Made by a program: the position numbers and the translations under genes
Notes under the pieces: model-generated
The model's input: the letters and a program-made list of their open reading frames with translations, nothing else
Told to the model about the DNA's origin: nothing
Databases searched by the model: none
Source: an uncultured Pseudomonadales bacterium
GTDB taxonomy: Bacteria > Patescibacteriota > Microgenomatia > UBA1400 > PJMF01
Direction of reading: 5' to 3'
DNA length: 64,000 nt
Assembly (NCBI GenBank): GCA_964574595.1
Contig: CAZNOF010000004.1
Location: 17,337 to 81,336 of the forward strand
In this document: one piece after another, positions 1-8,168 of the stretch
Layout of the letters: each line of letters opens with the position of its first letter
How positions within the stretch are numbered: position 1 is the stretch's first letter

Positions 1-339
1 CCCGGCCCAGTGGAAGTATGGATTGGTGGCAAGAAAATTGCCAATCGCGAAATTCACGAATCAGACTATTCGATTTACGGTTACTTCAATCACCTAAATG
101 AATACGTTGTCTCGATCAAACGGACTGGTAGCGACATGACCGTTCCCGTTTACTTGACTGTGGCTGCTTATCCCGACCCGCGCCAGATGGGTGCTCCCTA
201 TGAATTAATTCATCTAGCCAATGGTAGAAAGGCTGAATTCATCATTCCTTTTGCCACCGTCGGTAAGTTGATCAAGGTCGTTATCGCAGGTCAACTCGAG
301 GCTCTCTTTAAAGTAGAAACTCGAGATGTAAGCTTTTAG
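1..339 (+). CDS. hypothetical protein, C-terminal fragment truncated by the window edge; paralog of the next gene
   Basis: Open frame runs to position 1. The translation (VWIGGKKIANREIHESDYSIYGYFNHLNEYVVSIKR) aligns with the C-terminal part of the 385..1176 product (IWIGGQLIAYRDIADAEFSLSAWFDKLHRYLISIIR). Confidence 0.4.
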   Translation, partial: PGPVEVWIGGKKIANREIHESDYSIYGYFNHLNEYVVSIKRTGSDMTVPVYLTVAAYPDPRQMGAPYELIHLANGRKAEFIIPFATVGKLIKVVIAGQLEALFKVETRDVSF

Positions 340-384
340 CCTAGTTTCCAATCTGTCCAGTTAACTCAAAGAGGAAAAAATCTG

Positions 385-1176
385 ATGACCCACAAGAAGA
401 AGTTCCAAATTCAGTTTGTCCGGGAAACGGGCATAACCACCCTGCTTTGCACCAACACTGGTGTGAAGCTCAGTCGTCGAACTATCGAAGCTGTCGATCA
501 GATCAATAATCGTTTGTTCGAGGTTGTTGAGCTCTCAGCTGGTCAATCAAAGACCTTCGATATCAGCCATATGGTTGGTCGAGTTGTGGTCAAAGTCAGC
601 GGCGTTTTCCTGATGGAAGACTTTGTTGACCCGCAAGAAGAACTGAGTCCGTTCACCATCTCGCAGGTACTCATCGGCTTGGATGGTGCCAGAACATTAC
701 TGATCACCAACAACGGGCCGACTTTGGAAGGTGAAGCAGCTACCATTAAGTTGGAGCGGATGGATGGCAGTACAATCCTAATGCGCTTCCCTACTCTAGA
801 AACAGGCAAGCCGTACTTGTTGGAAATGATTTTGATCCGTTCCAAGAAAATCGCTATCTGGATTGGCGGTCAGCTGATTGCCTACCGTGATATTGCCGAT
901 GCCGAGTTTTCTCTGAGCGCATGGTTTGACAAGCTACATCGGTATCTGATCAGCATTATCCGGATTGTAAAAGCCGTGAAGGATGAACAAGTGGCGTTAC
1001 AAATCCGGGTCTTACCCTCAACGGCGGCACCCACTCACATTCTGAGTTTCTACTATGGTGAAGAGCGGATCATTCAGGAAAATTATGCCGCGGTTGGACG
1101 AATTGTCACGGTTACCATGGATAACATTCTGGTCGCCGCTTTTACAGTTCAAGCGAATACGGATTTGATTCCGTAG
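385..1176 (+). CDS. hypothetical protein, paralog of the upstream fragment
   Basis: Long ORF with SD-like AAGAGGAAAAAA upstream. No recognisable motifs. Confidence 0.45.
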   Translation: MTHKKKFQIQFVRETGITTLLCTNTGVKLSRRTIEAVDQINNRLFEVVELSAGQSKTFDISHMVGRVVVKVSGVFLMEDFVDPQEELSPFTISQVLIGLDGARTLLITNNGPTLEGEAATIKLERMDGSTILMRFPTLETGKPYLLEMILIRSKKIAIWIGGQLIAYRDIADAEFSLSAWFDKLHRYLISIIRIVKAVKDEQVALQIRVLPSTAAPTHILSFYYGEERIIQENYAAVGRIVTVTMDNILVAAFTVQANTDLIP

Positions 1177-1301
1177 CAGTTTGCGCAGCACAGTGTCTGA
1201 AAAGTTTGAAAAGAATCCCGTCTGTTTAAGTACAGCGGGGTTCATTTGTATCAGGCCAAGAGCTACTTCCTTTTTTTAGCTCTAGGTCGCACAATGAAAA
1301 A

Positions 1302-2252
1302 ATGGCATTAACCACTAACCCCACCCAAGCTTTGATCGCTTTTCTCGAACACTTAGAAGTTGAAAGAAACGTCAGTCAACTCACTATTCGGAACTACGCC
1401 CATTACTTAAACCGCTTCAATGATTGGTTGTCGTCACAAAAAAAGTCGGATTTAAAAGAGCTCGATATGGATACTTTAAGGTCGTATAGACTCTATCTAG
1501 CTCATTTGGAAAATGAACGTGGCGAGACTTTATCGAAAAAAACACAGAGTTACCACGTGATTGCACTCAGGTCGTGGTTTAAGTGGCTCGTCAAAAATGA
1601 TCAACCAGTGCTCAATCCAGAAAAAATTGACTTACCAAAAGCTGAGTCAAAGCAAATGAAGTTTCTCAACTTAGATCAAATTGAGCGATTGCTCAGTCAG
1701 CCCGACTTAGACAAACCAAACGGTTTGCGCGATCGAGCGATTTTAGAAGTCCTCTTCTCCACCGGGTTGCGGGTAAGTGAACTCGTGTCTTTGAATCGGG
1801 ATCAGGTGGATGTACGGCGCCGAGAGTTTGGTGTAGTCGGGAAAGGTCGCCGGCCCCGTGTGGTTTTTTTGAGTGACCGCGCGGCAGACTGGTTACAAAA
1901 ATGGTTGGACTCGCGCGAAGACAATTGGCGGCCAGTCTTCATCCGCTTCTCCCAACATCATCCTGGCTTACTCGCTGATGGCGAGGAAACCCGATTGACC
2001 ACCCGGAGTGTGCAACGTTTTGTGGATGACTATTGCAGGAAAGCCAAGCTTCCAGTTAAGATTACCCCACACGGAATCCGCCACAGTTTTGCGACCGATC
2101 TCCTTTTTAATGGAGCCGGTCTTCGTGATGTTCAAGAAATGCTGGGGCACAAAAATATTGCCACCACGCAAATATACACACACGTTACGCAGCCTCAACT
2201 CAAGAAAGTGTACCAACAGTTCCACTCTGAAAAGTTAGCAGACAAGAAATAA
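1302..2252 (+). CDS. xerC: tyrosine site-specific recombinase, XerC/XerD family
   Basis: Phage-integrase core-binding N-domain. Catalytic C-terminus HGIRHSFATDLLFNGAGLRDVQEMLGHKNIATTQIYTHV carries the R..H..R..Y signature of XerC/D. Confidence 0.85.
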   Translation: MALTTNPTQALIAFLEHLEVERNVSQLTIRNYAHYLNRFNDWLSSQKKSDLKELDMDTLRSYRLYLAHLENERGETLSKKTQSYHVIALRSWFKWLVKNDQPVLNPEKIDLPKAESKQMKFLNLDQIERLLSQPDLDKPNGLRDRAILEVLFSTGLRVSELVSLNRDQVDVRRREFGVVGKGRRPRVVFLSDRAADWLQKWLDSREDNWRPVFIRFSQHHPGLLADGEETRLTTRSVQRFVDDYCRKAKLPVKITPHGIRHSFATDLLFNGAGLRDVQEMLGHKNIATTQIYTHVTQPQLKKVYQQFHSEKLADKK

Positions 2253-2554
2253 GACTGCTAAGTGCCGTTTTCTAGAATAAGTTGCGATAGATCAGTATTT
2301 TCAGCCCATATTCAGATTGAGAGATTTTTGAGAATTTTCTCTTTTAGACGAAAAACTGATCTTTTTTGATGTCTTTGTAGCACTTTTTGTACTAAATGAT
2401 TAGTAAAGTACTATTTATTCTGCAATTTCTCAAAATGTACTAGTTAAATAGGTATTTAAGTAGTTAGATCATCAATGATATAGACAATTTCTAGCAAGAC
2501 ATGATCACAATTGCCAACGTAACGCTTATGTAAAATTGGTTGGATCAGTCGAAA

Positions 2555-3334
2555 TTACAACGTTTCGTAACTTAGAGTCACAGTGTAGTTATATTGAGTG
2601 GATCCTGGTTGAATGTTGGTTGGACTGCCGCCACCACTGCCCTGGGCCACGTCTGCCGCTTTGGCCATCATTGGTACTACCATTTGACTTTGTGGAGCCT
2701 CTGTCACGTTAATGACTTTGCCTAACTGAACTCCAGACAGACGAGCTAACTCTTCTGCATTTTGGCGAGCATCTTGAATGGCTTGTTGTCTCGCTTCTTT
2801 TTGAACTTCCTTTTCTTTAGCATCACTCAAGGTAAATTGGATACCACTGATTTGATTCACACCAGCGGCGGTTGCCAGGTCCACCACCTTGTTTAACTTC
2901 TCAAAATCTTTTTCTTGAAGACTAACACTCAAGCTGATATCAACTGAGTAACCAATGATATTTTGGCCTTCCTTTTGATAATCGTAGTTTGGGTAGATGT
3001 TGTAGCTTGAAGTCTTGATGCCATCTTTACTGATACCTAAGTCAGTTAGCTGCTTGGTTAAAGAGTTGATAATGTTGTTGGCATTTGATTGAGCAGCCTT
3101 GATATCAGACTCTTTGCGAGAGATGCCTAAAGTGATTTCTGCTTTATCTGGTTGGGTGCTAATGCTGCTTTTGCCTGAGGCTACGAAGGCTTTGTCCTTT
3201 TGGACGGTTGTTTGACTGATGGAAATAGGAATTGGTGACACGTATTTACTGACGAGCACAATTGCCAGGACAGTCGCAGTGGCAATTAAAGCCGCCTGCA
3301 CAAAAAGGGTGGGAAGTTGTTTGAGGTTTAACAT
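2555..3334 (-). CDS. SIMPL-domain (DUF541, BP26-like) membrane-anchored periplasmic protein
   Basis: N-terminal TM helix. Segment ITLGISRKESDIKAAQSNANNIINSLTKQLTDLGISKDGIKTSSYNIYPNY...GYSVDISLSV is typical of the SIMPL family. AGGAGAA Shine-Dalgarno sits 5 nt upstream. Confidence 0.6.
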   Translation of the reverse strand: MLNLKQLPTLFVQAALIATATVLAIVLVSKYVSPIPISISQTTVQKDKAFVASGKSSISTQPDKAEITLGISRKESDIKAAQSNANNIINSLTKQLTDLGISKDGIKTSSYNIYPNYDYQKEGQNIIGYSVDISLSVSLQEKDFEKLNKVVDLATAAGVNQISGIQFTLSDAKEKEVQKEARQQAIQDARQNAEELARLSGVQLGKVINVTEAPQSQMVVPMMAKAADVAQGSGGGSPTNIQPGSTQYNYTVTLSYETL

Positions 3335-3419
3335 AAGTTCTCCTGTTTCTTAGTGTACTATAACCAATCCAGAAAGTCGTGGTAAAATATCTTTTATCGG
3401 TTTCAAGTAAACCAGAGAT

Positions 3420-3496
3420 GGGCCTGTAGCTCACTTGGCTAGAGCGCTGCTATGGCATAGCAGAGGTAAGGGGTTCGATTCCCCTCAGGTCCACCA
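3420..3496 (+). tRNA. tRNA-Ala (anticodon GGC), with encoded CCA
   Basis: Cloverleaf: acceptor GGGCCTG/CAGGTCC with a G3:U70 pair (the Ala identity element). Anticodon stem CTGCT/AGCAG with loop ATGGCAT. T-arm AGGGG-TTCGATT-CCCCT. 3' ACCA. Confidence 0.9.
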
Positions 3497-3538
3497 AAAT
3501 AGAACCTTCAATCAGATTTTTCCCATTCTTTTGCAGAA

Positions 3539-6523
3539 TTATCTCAGGCTTTTGCCATACTTATGGACTTCTCTAAAGTCCGGTGCTTTCAGGACTTTTT
3601 CCTTGAGGTTCGCGTACTTGTGCTTCAGTGTACCTCTATCAAACTTGGCATTTGCCAGCGTAGCAAAGATATTTAGCCAATCCGCCGGTTCCAAAATTCT
3701 GTCGTGAAGTGAAAGGATCGGATGACGCTCGTGCTTATCTTTCAGTTCAATACCAATTTTCTTAAGATACGCGGCTGCATTCTTCGAGGCCTCTTTTATT
3801 TGCTCAGTAATAAAGGCGTTAACTGCGTCAGGATCTTTCATACTGTGTCGCTCAAGGATATCAACAACTCCCTCGGGATTATTCATAATCAGCGAAGTCG
3901 CTTCAATTAAACTTTGACTATTTTCATCAACGGTTAAGTTATCAAGACTGTCCTCTACCGCTTCTTTATCGTAACCAACTACATCCGTAAGATAGTTGTA
4001 AGCCTGGAGTTTGGCTTTCTTGACGAGTTCCTCAGTGGAGTCATAGGTTAATTCGAGGTACGCGGCTTCCTCGTTAAGGAGGTCAGCTATCTTCTTTCGC
4101 TCCGTTACCTCACTAATATTGAGACGATCCGCATCCGCCACAATCAGCCGTTTCATAGCAACTTGAATCAGGCTTTTCTTTATTTCGGCAATTTTCCGAT
4201 TTTGAAAGTCAGTGGTTTCTTCATCAATTCGTTTAAACTTATCAAAATGTTCTGGGATTGCGCGTACAGCAAAGTTCTGAGGTTTATCCCACGCGCTTGG
4301 TTTCATGAACTCAACAGCCTGGGTGATGGCAGCCGTTTGTTCTGCCAGCCTCTTCTCCATCTCACCTACCACAGCATGAACTGCTGAAGTTCCTTTTGAT
4401 TCAAAGATAGTAGTTGTCAGTTTTAAGCGTGCTCTAGTGCTTTCAGTTTGAGCATTTGGATTTAACCGAGCATCGGTTTCTACATAGTTAAAGTCTTCTT
4501 CCAAGTCGTCCATCGAGTGATCTGCTAGATTCAAATGACTAACCGCTTCTGAAACCTCAGCTTGAAGCTGTGAAGTGGTATTGGAGACTAACTTGTCAAA
4601 GCGCTCCTTCCCTAAGACTGTGGCTAGGTTGTATGTCTCTGAAAATTGTTTCTGAACATAAAAAGGAATTGCTTTTACTAATGTTTGAGCTAGTACATCC
4701 GGCAAATCCTGACGGTCCATTTCAGCTATCTCTTGCCAATCACGTATCTGTTCAGTTTTGAATTTGGCAAAAACTTCTTGCGCTTTCTCAAGCAGGGTGA
4801 TTTCGGCCGAACTTTTTGGGGAAAATCGATTCCAGGTGGGCTCCATGTTGGGGTTGAACGAAGCAATCTGTGATGGCCTTAATCGATCAAACTGTTTTTT
4901 GCCATTTGTTTGAAACTCAGCCACCGCAGCTCTCAGTACCGCATACATATTTTTAATTGGTGTTTCTCGGTTCCCACTCTCAGTGTTGCTGAGAAGGATT
5001 GCTAAAAAGGAGTCAACTTTATACACTCTCTCAAGCTTTGATATGACTTCAGCTACTTTTTTAGAGATTTCTTTTTGAGGTATTTGTTCTCTTAAAAAAT
5101 CTTTTTCATTAAACAATTTGGTGGTCAGGTGTCCTAAGATGTCATTGTCGGTGACACCCACAGCTTTTAATTGCTCGGCAATTTTAAAGGTAGTGAAGTC
5201 CGTATTTAGTTGATCAACGGTACCTACATCATTCATTCTATCGACCATTATTTTGATAATCGTTCGATATTCTCTTGCTTGCTCAATAACCTTTGGGTTA
5301 GAAGTTGGTATGTTGATAATGTTGTCTAATGTCTGGATCAATTCGGATACATCTCTCTTTTGCAGAACGAGATTCTTCAATTTTTTAATCTCCTGAGCTG
5401 TTTGCTCAACGGCCTTTTTGGCAAGTTCCTGAGCTAATGTTCGGACCGCTTCGCGCACCTTAATGTCTGGAATTGCCTGTATTTTTTGAGTGGCATCTTT
5501 CTGATTAAGTATGTCTGCTTCAATCTCCATGACTTGATCAGCTAGCGCATCTTTGAAGTTATCTCTTAAGAAGTTAAACAAATCACTGAGATTGCGATCG
5601 TGGTGATTCATCAGTTTTTGAAGTTCATTGTTAAAATCTTGACGTATTCTGGCGATATCAAGGTTTGCTTTTGCCTGAGCTTTCGGAAGCAGGTTCTTTG
5701 TGGCCTGACGGATGATTGGGTTTTCGATGGCCGCGATCTGCTCCTGAATGAGTTCGGCGGTGGTGTCTTCTTCCCTGAGTCTGATAAGTAAGTTCGTGAG
5801 AATGTTCAAGTCATTGATCAATCCGTATTCACGATACTTTTGTTCCATCATTCGAATCACATTATCAAGATCATCTGTCTCGTTAGAAATATTTTGAAAG
5901 AAATATTCTTTTTGTTTTTCAATTCTTGCTTCTCCGGTGGGCAAACGTTTCAAGATAGCCTGTGAGACCTCAAGAACATCAGGATGTTGAAACGCCAGAG
6001 AGTGCTCAGAGATGTTCTTGCCATTGGCAAAGTCGGTTTGCAGTAGCTCAGCTTGGTGCCAGTCCGAAATGTATTGAGGGAATTTTTTTTGAAGTTGATA
6101 TAGCGCAGTAACAAGTGGTTGGAAGTCTACTACGCTGGAGTCTTTCCGCAACCTCCGTACTTTATCAATCTGGTTAAATTCAGCAAGTTTTTCACCTAAA
6201 ATTCGAGCTAGATTGTTTATGGCAGTATATAGTTGACCGCCCTCAGGTGTATTGATTAACAAGCTGAGTGGTTCAAGATCAGTGATGGCCGCAATCGCTG
6301 CCTTCTTAACCATTTCAGCGGGTGTACTGTCAGGTAGGCCAAGCATCTGCGTAAGTGACAATCGCTCATCCCCAACACTGCGGAATTTCTTAAGGAGCTC
6401 TACTCCCAGCGAAAGTTGACCAGATCTTGTCTCACGACGCGTGTCTTTTACGGGAGCTTCGGCACCATCGGCTTGAGGCTTATTGGCAGCCGCATCAGTT
6501 TTTCTAATATTCGATTCATTCAT
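3539..6523 (-). CDS. large (994 aa) hydrophilic, predicted coiled-coil-rich hypothetical protein; no signal peptide
   Basis: Uninterrupted 2985-nt ORF, E/K/L/Q-rich, no recognisable catalytic motifs. The start region is homologous to the start of the 8169..10097 gene (see findings). Confidence 0.5.
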   Translation of the reverse strand: MNESNIRKTDAAANKPQADGAEAPVKDTRRETRSGQLSLGVELLKKFRSVGDERLSLTQMLGLPDSTPAEMVKKAAIAAITDLEPLSLLINTPEGGQLYTAINNLARILGEKLAEFNQIDKVRRLRKDSSVVDFQPLVTALYQLQKKFPQYISDWHQAELLQTDFANGKNISEHSLAFQHPDVLEVSQAILKRLPTGEARIEKQKEYFFQNISNETDDLDNVIRMMEQKYREYGLINDLNILTNLLIRLREEDTTAELIQEQIAAIENPIIRQATKNLLPKAQAKANLDIARIRQDFNNELQKLMNHHDRNLSDLFNFLRDNFKDALADQVMEIEADILNQKDATQKIQAIPDIKVREAVRTLAQELAKKAVEQTAQEIKKLKNLVLQKRDVSELIQTLDNIINIPTSNPKVIEQAREYRTIIKIMVDRMNDVGTVDQLNTDFTTFKIAEQLKAVGVTDNDILGHLTTKLFNEKDFLREQIPQKEISKKVAEVISKLERVYKVDSFLAILLSNTESGNRETPIKNMYAVLRAAVAEFQTNGKKQFDRLRPSQIASFNPNMEPTWNRFSPKSSAEITLLEKAQEVFAKFKTEQIRDWQEIAEMDRQDLPDVLAQTLVKAIPFYVQKQFSETYNLATVLGKERFDKLVSNTTSQLQAEVSEAVSHLNLADHSMDDLEEDFNYVETDARLNPNAQTESTRARLKLTTTIFESKGTSAVHAVVGEMEKRLAEQTAAITQAVEFMKPSAWDKPQNFAVRAIPEHFDKFKRIDEETTDFQNRKIAEIKKSLIQVAMKRLIVADADRLNISEVTERKKIADLLNEEAAYLELTYDSTEELVKKAKLQAYNYLTDVVGYDKEAVEDSLDNLTVDENSQSLIEATSLIMNNPEGVVDILERHSMKDPDAVNAFITEQIKEASKNAAAYLKKIGIELKDKHERHPILSLHDRILEPADWLNIFATLANAKFDRGTLKHKYANLKEKVLKAPDFREVHKYGKSLR

Positions 6524-6563
6524 GATGAACTAAACTATATAACAAACCAAATTGGTTTGTCAT
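6516..6563 (-). other. 16-codon uORF (MTNQFGLLYSLVHHE) overlapping the start of the 994-aa gene, or a frame-shifted N-terminus; contains a perfect 9-bp-arm palindrome (6542..6560)
   Basis: Minus-strand ATGACAAACCAATTTGGTTTGTTATATAGTTTAGTTCATCATGAATGA. Its stop TGA overlaps the main ATG in the +1 frame. It is about 85% nt-identical to the first codons of the 642-aa gene (MAKQIGLLYSYER). Confidence 0.4.
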
Positions 6564-6604
6564 CTCTAAGAGTAGATGAGACCAGCTGGAATTGGTTGTG
6601 TTTT

Positions 6605-8146
6605 CTAGCGAATATCTTTCATTGACTGTTGTTTGAGGTGTTGGAATACTTGCTGATACAGTTTTGGTTCGATTTTGCGGCCTTTTCTCAAGACTTTTTC
6701 AGTCTCTCCCCGGCTGACGTCACCGGCGACTCGGAACTCAGCCTCAGAAGTTGTATGTAGCCGGAGGATTCTTCGGACAGTCTTGGCTCGGATGCCATCA
6801 TCGGTGATAGTAGTTTTTAATTCGTTATTCAGAGAGTTAGCTAACGAAGATACCACTGCAGTAGCTTCACTTGCGCTAATATCTCCACCGTCGTTCAGCC
6901 ATTTGAAATCGTTTTGATAAAGATAAAAATCACAGCCATCTGCCTCTACTCCACCCACATTCCGCGTGCCAACGATCAATAGATTATCTGGCCAGCCGCT
7001 CTGACTCTCGATATCTTTTCGGGCCCAATAAAAGTTATCATCTTTGTTCCCACCGGCACAGATAAATGTTTTTTCGGGAAATTGATTAGCGAGAGCCGCT
7101 AATTTTTTCAAGTTCTCAGCTGCCAATGCCTCGTTGTACGCCTCAATTCTTTCAGTCAAAAAGGAAGGTTCTTCATTGCTTAAGTCGCGAACAGTTTCAA
7201 TTCCCGCTGATGAGCCGGTCTTTTTATACTCGGCAATAGAGGCTTGGTGATACTCTGCATTTCTTTTGTTGTATTCATCTTCTGTCAGAATCTCTAATTC
7301 ATTTCCGTCTTTATCTACAGGCGTGTTCCCTTTAAAGTACTTTGGTTCATCTTCAGACTGAAGGATATAAAATGCGTCGTTTGGTTTTTCTTCTACAAAC
7401 TGAACTGACTTTGGCAAGTCTTTTGGGTATCGATAGATATATTTTTCTTGAGATTCGCCGACAATGAGACTCATATTAATTATTGGAACTTCGGTAGGCA
7501 GTTTGCGGATTGCCTCAGCAATCACATTTGTATCGATGACTGTTTTGGCTGTGATATTGCCAAGGTCATCGTACTCAAAAGAAGTGCTAATGGCGGGTTC
7601 GAGCGGAGTGATGTGCGGTGTTTCAACCGCAAAGCCATTTTGTTCGGCTGTTTGCACAAATGAGCCAGTGGTTAAGTCGCCGTGTCCTTTTTCAGTTGTC
7701 AACATTTTGTTGAGGATGGCGGTTTTAACTTCAGCTGGATCACTGCTCATGAAATAGGCTGAGTGATTCTCTGCGTACGCTTGAGATGTTACATCCATTT
7801 TGTCTGACCGATCCTCACTACCTAAGAGTTGATGAGTCATGCTTTTCACATCTTTATAAGTGAAGTCGATAAACTCCGTTTGAACTGACTGGGGTGCTTT
7901 TTCTTTATTCTTTTGGAGATCGATGCCTTCTGCGAAATCAGCTAGACCATTAGCGATGTCATTACTGACGAGTGGCAGAACCATACCAGCTTTAGCTACG
8001 TTCCCTACAAAGTCACGACGACTGGCATTGGCCGGTTTATCGTCAGCCGGATTAAAATACTGACGAATTCGGTCACGAACAGACAACCGTTTCTGTGATG
8101 GTTGTGATTCAGGCTGTGGAGTTGGCACTTCAGACATCGTAGACAC
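6605..8146 (-). CDS. hypothetical protein (513 aa), probably co-transcribed with the upstream 642-aa gene (22-nt gap)
   Basis: Long ORF with no signal peptide. Pro/Ser/Gln-rich N-terminus. No confident motif. Confidence 0.5.
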   Translation of the reverse strand: MSTMSEVPTPQPESQPSQKRLSVRDRIRQYFNPADDKPANASRRDFVGNVAKAGMVLPLVSNDIANGLADFAEGIDLQKNKEKAPQSVQTEFIDFTYKDVKSMTHQLLGSEDRSDKMDVTSQAYAENHSAYFMSSDPAEVKTAILNKMLTTEKGHGDLTTGSFVQTAEQNGFAVETPHITPLEPAISTSFEYDDLGNITAKTVIDTNVIAEAIRKLPTEVPIINMSLIVGESQEKYIYRYPKDLPKSVQFVEEKPNDAFYILQSEDEPKYFKGNTPVDKDGNELEILTEDEYNKRNAEYHQASIAEYKKTGSSAGIETVRDLSNEEPSFLTERIEAYNEALAAENLKKLAALANQFPEKTFICAGGNKDDNFYWARKDIESQSGWPDNLLIVGTRNVGGVEADGCDFYLYQNDFKWLNDGGDISASEATAVVSSLANSLNNELKTTITDDGIRAKTVRRILRLHTTSEAEFRVAGDVSRGETEKVLRKGRKIEPKLYQQVFQHLKQQSMKDIR

Positions 8147-8168
8147 ATTCCTTAGAACTGTAGGTAGC

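Noticed and set aside
543-845. Antisense ORFs inside large CDSs (543..845, 1018..1245, 22705..23103, 9251..9704 and similar)
   Set aside because: They are embedded in better-supported long ORFs on the other strand and have no start context or motifs.
3435-3707. 90-aa plus-strand ORF
   Set aside because: It starts inside the tRNA-Ala gene and has low-complexity translation. Artefact of the six-frame scan.
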